From a virus (taxonomy: Duplodnaviria; Caudoviricetes): 64,000 nucleotides of DNA. Every line of letters begins with the position of its first letter. The stretch's first letter is position 1. Shown here piece by piece: positions 57,974 through 63,940 of this stretch. The position numbers were made by a program, and so were the translations under genes. The notes under the pieces are model-generated. The model worked only from the letters and a program-made list of their open reading frames with translations, searched no databases and had not been told where the DNA came from. The DNA is taken from the IMG/VR virus record IMGVR_UViG_3300037067_008333, positions 23,925 through 87,924 of that record, one strand, 5' to 3'.

Positions 57974-58625
57974 AGAACCACTCTCTCCATATAAGATATG
58001 TCTTATATACGCCAAAAGGTGCTTTATATCTTAGTTTTCTCTCAGTACCTGTAACAATACGGTCGTCACCGCGGAGTGTCTTTACTTGATATAGATCATC
58101 GGTCCCCACGTAAGGATCCATCATGTAAAGAGCATACGTAAAAGCATTTTCAGGTTTGACTGTTGTATCATCAACACAGTTTACACGGCCAGCCCGGGCA
58201 ATATTAAAAGCATCGAACCATCTTCTATAACTATATGTGAAATAATTTAATTGAGCATCAAGACCTTTTAAATGTGGTGCCTGTATTAAGACATTATCCA
58301 AGTACTCTTTGGAGGGTGATTCCTTTCTAGTTATAAGATTGCCGTTTTTTTCAAGAACAGCTAAAATAAGTTTTGGATTAACATTGTGTTGTGTACAGCA
58401 TTCTTTCATCCAATCAACAAATGGTGTAGTTCCAAATGTAAGATTTGTTAAAAAACTCCCCTTAGATTCCAGGAGAGTTTTAATATCAAAATATAAATAA
58501 TGAAATTGACTATCTTTAATAACTATATTCTTATTGAATTCAGGAATAACAGCTATGGGTTTGTAGATGAACTTTTTTTTCTTGGGAAATAGTGATTTGA
58601 ATTTCTCGATTATTTTTTTAATCAT
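57942..58625 (-). CDS. Hypothetical protein, possible lysozyme-like fold
   Basis: VNPKLILAVLEKNG.LI resembles INP..LL..LQKE motifs. First gene after a promoter. Confidence 0.4.
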   Translation of the reverse strand: MIKKIIEKFKSLFPKKKKFIYKPIAVIPEFNKNIVIKDSQFHYLYFDIKTLLESKGSFLTNLTFGTTPFVDWMKECCTQHNVNPKLILAVLEKNGNLITRKESPSKEYLDNVLIQAPHLKGLDAQLNYFTYSYRRWFDAFNIARAGRVNCVDDTTVKPENAFTYALYMMDPYVGTDDLYQVKTLRGDDRIVTGTERKLRYKAPFGVYKTYLIWREWFYESPLGSVCQ

Positions 58626-58661
58626 AGTTAGGAGTCACTGAACTTTTACTTTTGCTTGGAT

Positions 58662-58690
58662 ATTATAGCATATTAAAAAATATTTGTCAA
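58662..58690 (-). promoter_or_regulatory. Perfect-consensus sigma70 promoter with extended -10
   Basis: TTGACA (58690-58685), 17-bp spacer ending TGC, TATAAT (58667-58662). Confidence 0.9.
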
Positions 58691-58705
58691 GTGGTTAATA
58701 ATTAC

Positions 58706-58776
58706 CTCCCGGAGTAGGGTTCGAACCTACACGCGAAGCTTCAAAGGCTTCTGACCTACCATTAGTCTATCCGGGA
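58706..58776 (-). tRNA. trnQ: tRNA-Gln(TTG)
   Basis: Cloverleaf folded by hand, U1-A72, G73, no encoded CCA. Confidence 0.9.
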
Positions 58777-58778
58777 AT

Positions 58779-58855
58779 TGGCTCCCAAGGAAGGATTCGG
58801 ACCTTCAGTCCCCGCTTTCAGAGAGCGGTGCGTTAACCAATTACGCTACTTGGGA
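58779..58855 (-). tRNA. trnQ: tRNA-Gln(CTG)
   Basis: Cloverleaf, encoded CCA, T-loop TCCGAAT. Confidence 0.88.
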
Positions 58856-58881
58856 ATCATACCATATGAAACGTGTCTGAT

Positions 58882-58910
58882 ATGGTATATTATTTATTAT
58901 TTTTTGTCAA
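58882..58910 (-). promoter_or_regulatory. sigma70-type promoter upstream of the tRNA-Gln pair
   Basis: TTGACA, 17 bp, TACCAT. The -10 is overlapped by a 9-bp inverted repeat ataccatat/atatggtat. Confidence 0.65.
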
Positions 58911-58916
58911 GTATAA

Positions 58917-59513
58917 TTATTCTTCTATCTCACTATTCCAATATACCGTGTCAATGAAACGTTGCCAACTTTGACGTTTCTTCACATGAGTATTCACACA
59001 AAGAGCAAGCTGACTTCTCCAATGAGGTTTAGTAGGTTGATAGTGCATAGTCAAACCAGCTTCCTGGGGAGTTTTATTTGCTTTGTCTGTATTACAAGGA
59101 ATACATGATAACACAATGTTTGACCATTCCGTCTTACCACCACGACTTTTCGGTAATACGTGGTCCAAGTTAAGATCTTTCGTATTAAATTTCTTTCCGC
59201 AGTAGCAACACTTGAATTCATAGTGCTGGTAAATATTCTTCCGAGTAAAACGTACTTCTGATGTCGGAAGCTTATCATAGAAATTCAAAGCAATAACTTC
59301 TGGAATAGCAATTTTTAATTTAGCAGTGTGAACGAAACCAGAAGGACTATCAGAAAGCATCTGAGATAATTCAGTCCAATCTTCGAACCCATATCTCCGA
59401 TACTCTTCGTCGATAACATCAGCATGTCCAATGTACACCAAGGTCATTGCTCGTTCCCAGGAAACTATTTGAATAGCATAATAGTTCCGGTTAAGCACTA
59501 ATACATCACGCAT
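58917..59513 (-). CDS. HNH endonuclease (McrA-like, zinc-binding)
   Basis: C.YCG, DHV.PKSRGG, W.N....C..CN..K. Confidence 0.9.
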   Translation of the reverse strand: MRDVLVLNRNYYAIQIVSWERAMTLVYIGHADVIDEEYRRYGFEDWTELSQMLSDSPSGFVHTAKLKIAIPEVIALNFYDKLPTSEVRFTRKNIYQHYEFKCCYCGKKFNTKDLNLDHVLPKSRGGKTEWSNIVLSCIPCNTDKANKTPQEAGLTMHYQPTKPHWRSQLALCVNTHVKKRQSWQRFIDTVYWNSEIEE

Positions 59514-59530
59514 TATCTTCTCCTTTGTTG

Positions 59531-59603
59531 TGCACCTACCGAGATTTGAACTCGGATTAACGGATTAAAAGTCCGCTACCTTATCCAGTTAGGTTATAGG
59601 TGC
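59531..59603 (-). tRNA. trnK: tRNA-Lys(TTT)
   Basis: Cloverleaf, loop CT TTT AA. Confidence 0.9.
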
Positions 59604-59609
59604 AAAATA

Positions 59610-59681
59610 AGCGGGCGATGGGACTTGAACCCACGGCCTTCTCGTTGGCAACGAGACATTCTACCACTAAACTACGCCCGC
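59610..59681 (-). tRNA. trnG: tRNA-Gly(GCC)
   Basis: Cloverleaf, U73. Confidence 0.92.
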
Positions 59682-59834
59682 AAAATACTATTAGAATAGT
59701 TCACCTATTGATCTGTGACCACAATATCCACTTAGCCCACGAGTCAATTAAGTTTTTGAAACTGCTTCGCCAGGATATAAAGTTGATTTTTAAAAATCGT
59801 ATAATGTTTATCCCATTCTTTGTTTTTTGCATAT

Positions 59835-60035
59835 TCAGTCACCAATCTTTTTCTCCACATTGCATTTTGTTGAATCAAACACAAGAGGTTGCATATCATA
59901 TACACACTTTATATAGCAATCCTCGCAAACCTTAAAATTTCTGAGTATTTTTGTAGCTATGTTATTACAATCCTTTACTTGGCATACTTCTGTTAGTAAA
60001 TCTTTTTTATCACTCATTTTCTCAATACTGTCCAT
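59835..60035 (-). CDS. Small Cys-rich (zinc-finger-like) protein
   Basis: C....C ... C..C. Confidence 0.4.
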   Translation of the reverse strand: MDSIEKMSDKKDLLTEVCQVKDCNNIATKILRNFKVCEDCYIKCVYDMQPLVFDSTKCNVEKKIGD

Positions 60036-60068
60036 GTTCTTACTCCTTTTAATATTTTTAATAGAGAT

Positions 60069-60359
60069 TCAATTCCATATTTCAGAGAGGGCTTTTTCTC
60101 TATGCTTTAAAGTTCTTTCCCTGTATAGCAGTTCGTCTTTTTCATCAATAACTATCTCACTAAATGTTATTTCATCAAATCGTTTTACCGCCTCACGAAT
60201 CTTACTTGAGAGGAATTGCTTGACATCACTAGGAAGAGCAATACTTCTTGAACCGTCTTTGTTTATGCGAAATAGATAAGATGCGCCATTGTCTTTTGGG
60301 TCACTGTCTTGTACAAACTTCTCATCAAACTCTTTCAGTGTCTGGTCAATAAAGTTCAT
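60069..60359 (-). CDS. Hypothetical protein
   Basis: 96 aa, RBS GGGAG. Confidence 0.45.
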   Translation of the reverse strand: MNFIDQTLKEFDEKFVQDSDPKDNGASYLFRINKDGSRSIALPSDVKQFLSSKIREAVKRFDEITFSEIVIDEKDELLYRERTLKHREKALSEIWN

Positions 60360-60383
60360 GCTCCCTTCTCCTTTATTCCTTTG

Positions 60384-60455
60384 AGCGGGTGACGAGAGTC
60401 GAACTCGCGTTATCAGTTTGGAAAACTGATGTCCTAGCCACTGGACGACACCCGC
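60384..60455 (-). tRNA. trnG: tRNA-Gly(TCC)
   Basis: Cloverleaf, U73. Confidence 0.9.
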
Positions 60456-60457
60456 AT

Positions 60458-60709
60458 TTAATAAACATCACCATTTTCTTTGATTTTCTTGTCCTCATAT
60501 ACACTTACTGAACGACGGTAGAATTCTTGTTTAGCACATTCAAGAACACCGATTATGTCATTATAATCACTATATCTTTTATCTGATTTTTCAAGAAACT
60601 GTTGACATAGTTTTGTTATAATATAATTCAAATGACCGACACTTACGAAATCAATATTCTCCATCCTCTCATCCAAAGCTTTTCTTTCTTCTTTAGAAAT
60701 ATACGGCAT
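60458..60709 (-). CDS. Conserved-looking small phage protein
   Basis: MPYI, G.LNY.IT, GVLECAK.EFYRR....YED.K...NGDV. RBS AGGAGG. Confidence 0.55.
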   Translation of the reverse strand: MPYISKEERKALDERMENIDFVSVGHLNYIITKLCQQFLEKSDKRYSDYNDIIGVLECAKQEFYRRSVSVYEDKKIKENGDVY

Positions 60710-60717
60710 TTATCCTC

Positions 60718-60900
60718 CTATTCTATTTGTCTCCGATGCCTGGCAAGCTCTTCAGCTAATTCATAGATGCTTCCCATGGCATCATGTAAACCATGATTTT
60801 CTTGCCACATTTTATTAAGCCAATCAAGACCACTCTTTTCCCAAGTTTGGAGTTCACGAATATTATTTTCGATAATTCGTTTGCGATCTTCGTAATCCAA
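60718..60900 (-). CDS. Small helical hypothetical protein
   Basis: 60 aa, TTG start after GAGG. Confidence 0.4.
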   Translation of the reverse strand: MDYEDRKRIIENNIRELQTWEKSGLDWLNKMWQENHGLHDAMGSIYELAEELARHRRQIE

Positions 60901-60917
60901 TTATAACCTCAAGTTTT

Positions 60918-60990
60918 TGCGTGGCTCTGGAATTGCACCAGAAACTCCAGCTTATGAGACTGGACGGGTCACTGTCCCCTTCCGCCCGCG
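60918..60990 (-). tRNA. Atypical tRNA(CAT), possibly degenerate
   Basis: Loop CT CAT AA, T-loop TGCAATT, acceptor GCGGGC/GCCACGC with one unpaired A, non-standard D region. Confidence 0.55.
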
Positions 60991-60996
60991 ATATAT

Positions 60997-61668
60997 TTAT
61001 AAATTTAATAAATCCGACCGCATTTCTTTCTCTGCCATTTTATCCTGAAGTAAAGATTTTCTTAACATATACTCAGCATCTCTGCAACTAGGATATAACT
61101 TACTGTATAAGTTATGGCTTCTAATATAATTTTCAAGTTCTTTAATTCTTGATTCTATCTCATTATCAAGAATAGGTAATTTAGTTATATAGTGTTTTGC
61201 TATCTTTTCTACAAACATCCAATCATATCTAAAACAATATCCAATAACATTTCTCTCTGTATTCCATATCTTAATCTTAAATGTACTCTTATAAAAATAC
61301 TTCTTGCTTACATCATCTAGATTGTTATATTCATTTAAACTTAAAATCTTCAATTTGTGTTCTATTGGAACATATTTTCCAGTCTTCCAATCTTTAGTTA
61401 AAAAGTTTATATCTCTAGAATATACTGTATCATTTATCCTATCAAGGATACATCTAAAAATATGTGCATCACTGCGATTTGATATATCATCTCGTAGGAT
61501 AAAATACTTCTTCCATCCGCAACGTCTTGGGGTTTCTAAAGTTATATATCCTTTACTATATTTAGCATCATATAGTTCTTGAAGTTGTCTAGATAATTTC
61601 TTATAGCTTTTTTCTTTAGAATCCTTAAAGATCTTTCGATTTAAACGACGTTCTTTACTCATATTCAT
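60997..61668 (-). CDS. Basic hypothetical protein
   Basis: 223 aa, very AT-rich, Lys/Arg-rich. Confidence 0.5.
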   Translation of the reverse strand: MNMSKERRLNRKIFKDSKEKSYKKLSRQLQELYDAKYSKGYITLETPRRCGWKKYFILRDDISNRSDAHIFRCILDRINDTVYSRDINFLTKDWKTGKYVPIEHKLKILSLNEYNNLDDVSKKYFYKSTFKIKIWNTERNVIGYCFRYDWMFVEKIAKHYITKLPILDNEIESRIKELENYIRSHNLYSKLYPSCRDAEYMLRKSLLQDKMAEKEMRSDLLNL

Positions 61669-61681
61669 ACTTCCTTACATT

Positions 61682-61747
61682 CTAACGTTTCCTTTCTGTT
61701 TTATCGACTAAGTCTTTTGCTAATAGTGATATCCTGATAAGTTCCAT
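61682..61747 (-). CDS. Possible 21-aa micro-ORF
   Basis: AAGGAG RBS then MELIRISLLAKDLVDKTERKR*. Confidence 0.3.
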   Translation of the reverse strand: MELIRISLLAKDLVDKTERKR

Positions 61748-61766
61748 GTTCTCCTTCGAAAGAATG

Positions 61767-61838
61767 TGGCAGTGAGTGGAATTGAACCACTGTAGAACCG
61801 CGTATGAGACGGTTGCCTTGCCTCTAGGCTACACTGCC
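61767..61838 (-). tRNA. tRNA(CAT), elongator Met or Ile2
   Basis: Cloverleaf, loop CT CAT AC, A73. Confidence 0.85.
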
Positions 61839-61840
61839 AC

Positions 61841-61916
61841 TGGTGCTCCGTGCTGGAATTGAACCAGCAACACGACGGGCTTCAGCCGCCTGCTCTACCG
61901 GTGAGCTAAACGGAGC
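61841..61916 (-). tRNA. trnF: tRNA-Phe(GAA)
   Basis: Cloverleaf with CCA, loop CT GAA GC (G37). Confidence 0.85.
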
Positions 61917-61922
61917 ATACTA

Positions 61923-62309
61923 TTATAGTTTATGTATTTCTGCTTCTATACGTTCACGAGAATTTTTTGTGAGTTCTTTTTCTATTGTTCCAGACTTGAT
62001 GAAGAGGTCACCCTTATGAGGAAATATTGTAAATGACCAATTTTCTCCATACTCACTATACACATTAAAGGTGACCGCTAGTTCTCCACGAAGCCGAGCT
62101 TCACATCCCTTAATTTCCGGGTCATTCATGATGGTGATTTTACCATCATCGTTGCACTTAATTCGTAGTTGGTTGATGATAGCATAGTCATCTGGTCCAG
62201 CATGCACGATAATTTCTGAGACATGATTGTTCAGATTCTCGTTCGATGATGCTATTGTCTTACCATTTTCATCTTCTGCCGGTACAACTACAACGTGTTG
62301 ATTTTCCAT
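61923..62309 (-). CDS. Hypothetical protein
   Basis: 128 aa between tRNAs. Confidence 0.45.
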   Translation of the reverse strand: MENQHVVVVPAEDENGKTIASSNENLNNHVSEIIVHAGPDDYAIINQLRIKCNDDGKITIMNDPEIKGCEARLRGELAVTFNVYSEYGENWSFTIFPHKGDLFIKSGTIEKELTKNSRERIEAEIHKL

Positions 62310-62331
62310 GTTCCTTCCTTTCTTTTTATTG

Positions 62332-62408
62332 GGTGGCCGACCAGACTTGAACTGGCATATACCTCTTTCACAGAGAGGTGACTTTAGTCCATTTAGTCAA
62401 CGACCACC
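62332..62408 (-). tRNA. trnH: tRNA-His(GTG)
   Basis: Cloverleaf with encoded G-1:C73 (bacterial type). Confidence 0.92.
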
Positions 62409-62412
62409 ATTG

Positions 62413-62501
62413 TACACCCGCCTGGACTTGAACCAAGATCACTCCCTAATCTGGGGATTCCGGTTTATAAGGCCGGCGCTCTACCATTGAGCTACGGGTG
62501 C
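62413..62501 (-). tRNA. tRNA(TAT), Ile anticodon, with long variable arm
   Basis: 7-bp acceptor, loop CT TAT AA, ~22-nt variable region with TCCC/GGGA stem, canonical T-arm, A73. Confidence 0.8.
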
Positions 62502-62720
62502 ATCCATACTACATCTAGGACTGCATTTGGGACACGGACAACTTATCATATGTATGCACGGACTTCCATCACGTTTTACTCCGGTCCCAACACATTCTGG
62601 ACAATTTTCATGCATACAGGGCTGCCAATGATGATCACCATATCCCATACTACGTGTTATGTTCCTCAGATGCTCTTCCTGTCTACGTTTCAAATCTTCT
62701 TCGTACTGCTCTCTATTCAT
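62481..62720 (-). CDS. Small Cys-rich protein; stop codon inside tRNA(TAT)
   Basis: From MNREQY. C...C..C.G.G ... C....CPCPKC. Confidence 0.5.
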   Translation of the reverse strand: MNREQYEEDLKRRQEEHLRNITRSMGYGDHHWQPCMHENCPECVGTGVKRDGSPCIHMISCPCPKCSPRCSMDAPVAQW

Positions 62721-62881
62721 TACAATAATCCTTCCTTTATAATCCATGGATTTCTTTTTACCACTGATATAAAAACTTTAAGTGTCTCTTCAATTTCTTT
62801 GTGAGTAGCACATCTATTTCTATTCCGGCGCTCTATACGCAAGAATCGTTCCACATCTTTACCTCTTAGTGTTGGTGCCAT
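62720..62881 (-). CDS. Small hypothetical protein (53 aa; not in ORF track)
   Basis: MAPTLRGKDV...KEGLL*, TAATG-coupled to the next ORF. Confidence 0.45.
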   Translation of the reverse strand: MAPTLRGKDVERFLRIERRNRNRCATHKEIEETLKVFISVVKRNPWIIKEGLL

Positions 62882-62901
62882 TTACATTCCTTCCATCATA
62901 A

Positions 62902-62974
62902 TGGAGATAGCCGGAGTCGGACCGGCGGCCTTCTGCATGCCATGCAGACGCTCTCCCAACTGAGCTATATCCCC
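62902..62974 (-). tRNA. trnA: tRNA-Ala(GGC)
   Basis: G3:U70, A73, T-loop TCCGACT. Confidence 0.88.
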
Positions 62975-63099
62975 AATAAGCTCTTAATTTTTCTAAGTAA
63001 TTCAACTTCATCATCAATCATCCAAGTCTGATCAGAGTCCAATTGTCCTGACCATTTAACTAAAATTTCCAATTCTTTTCGTGAAAGTTCAACGTTCAT
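62965..63099 (-). CDS. Small protein (44 aa; not in ORF track); stop codon inside tRNA-Ala(GGC)
   Basis: MNVELSRKEL...KSLLGI*, start overlaps the end of the upstream ORF. Confidence 0.4.
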   Translation of the reverse strand: MNVELSRKELEILVKWSGQLDSDQTWMIDDEVELLRKIKSLLGI

Positions 63100-63286
63100 C
63101 TACGTTTTTCCTCATAATAATACCTTTTCTAAACCGATCAATTCGAGATTTTAATTTAGGTTTTAGTCCACTTTCCCATTGACATTCCTTCATATGGCAT
63201 CGCTCGCGGCCCGTAGTTATATCTCTGAATACGGAATAGTTCTTACACCTGGGACATCGTTTTGCTTTTATTTCAATGTAACTCAT
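63089..63286 (-). CDS. Small zinc-ribbon protein
   Basis: From MSYIEI. CPRC ... C....C. Confidence 0.45.
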   Translation of the reverse strand: MSYIEIKAKRCPRCKNYSVFRDITTGRERCHMKECQWESGLKPKLKSRIDRFRKGIIMRKNVDER

Positions 63287-63295
63287 ATTTAATAT

Positions 63296-63368
63296 TGGAG
63301 CCAGCGAGAATTGAACTCGCAACCTCATGCTTGCAAGGCAGGCGCTCTCCCAATTGAGCTATGGCCCC
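63296..63368 (-). tRNA. trnA: tRNA-Ala(TGC)
   Basis: Cloverleaf, G3:U70. Confidence 0.92.
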
Positions 63369-63550
63369 TTTTTTGGTGGTGCTGGAGGTGGTATATCTGG
63401 TCTTTTAAATCTATCAGCGATTGGACATACCATTCCTCTAGTTTCAATACATTCTCGTGTATATGAAAAACATAAAAATTTCTTTTTATGTATTACGTTC
63501 AAGCATTGCCAATTACTACTAAAATGTTTACAATTTATTCTAAGTCCCAT
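63359..63550 (-). CDS. Small Cys-rich protein (63 aa); stop codon inside tRNA-Ala(TGC)
   Basis: From MGLRINCKHF, five Cys, Pro-rich tail, AAGGA RBS. Confidence 0.45.
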   Translation of the reverse strand: MGLRINCKHFSSNWQCLNVIHKKKFLCFSYTRECIETRGMVCPIADRFKRPDIPPPAPPKKGP

Positions 63551-63562
63551 TCCAAATCCTTT

Positions 63563-63633
63563 TCGGGATACCCGGACTCGAACCGGGAACACACCGCCCC
63601 AAACGGCGGATGATACCATTTCACCATACCCCG
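63563..63633 (-). tRNA. trnP: tRNA-Pro(TGG)
   Basis: C1-G72, A73, loop TT TGG GG. Confidence 0.88.
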
Positions 63634-63647
63634 ATATTTGTACATTT

Positions 63648-63719
63648 TCGGGATGACCGGACTTGAACCGGTAACCTCTCCGCCCCGAACGGAGTGCTCT
63701 AACATTGAGCTACATCCCG
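63648..63719 (-). tRNA. trnP: tRNA-Pro(CGG)
   Basis: C1-G72, A73, loop TT CGG GG. Confidence 0.9.
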
Positions 63720-63723
63720 GATG

Positions 63724-63799
63724 CGCCTCCGACAGGACTTGAACCTGCATTAATCCAATTACGGTTTACCTGTTTAGAGGACAGGACCGGTACGGAGGC
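63724..63799 (-). ncRNA. D-arm-less tRNA-like RNA, Arg(TCT)-type anticodon loop
   Basis: Perfect 7-bp acceptor GCCTCCG/CGGAGGC, only 7 nt before anticodon stem CCTGT/ACAGG, 20-nt extra region, canonical T-arm. Confidence 0.75.
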
Positions 63800-63833
63800 A
63801 TTTACCTTTCAGTCAAATGACCTTCGGGCATTA

Positions 63834-63864
63834 AGCTGACGCCCGGATTTGAACCGGGGTCGGC
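63834..63864 (-). ncRNA. Acceptor-T-arm minihelix or tRNA remnant
   Basis: GCCGAC CCCGG TTCAAAT CCGGG C GTCAGC T, with no D or anticodon arm. Confidence 0.5.
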
Positions 63865-63869
63865 GAATG

Positions 63870-63940
63870 AGCATCTGGGGAGGATTGAACTCCCGTTGAG
63901 GCGTTACGAGTGCCTTATTCTACCGCTGAATTACAGATGC
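63870..63940 (-). tRNA. trnT: tRNA-Thr(CGT)
   Basis: Cloverleaf, loop CT CGT AA, U73. Confidence 0.88.

Noticed and set aside
16711-63750. Numerous + strand ORFs of 60-200 aa in the ORF track (e.g. 35620-36228, 45890-46393, 51566-51991)
   Set aside because: They are antisense shadows of well-supported - strand genes or tRNAs, with no recognisable motifs.
63724-63799. Amber suppressor or tRNA-Pyl (CTA), implying a recoded genome
   Set aside because: The perfect 5-bp stem centres TCT, not CTA, in the 7-nt loop. TAG ends genes cleanly (1945, 8834, 14624) and long ORFs are intact under code 11.
63813-63833. Small hairpin (aatg-a-cc-ttcg-gg-catt) as a terminator or ncRNA
   Set aside because: It is short and bulged, has no convincing U-tract, and the UUCG loop is on the non-coding strand.
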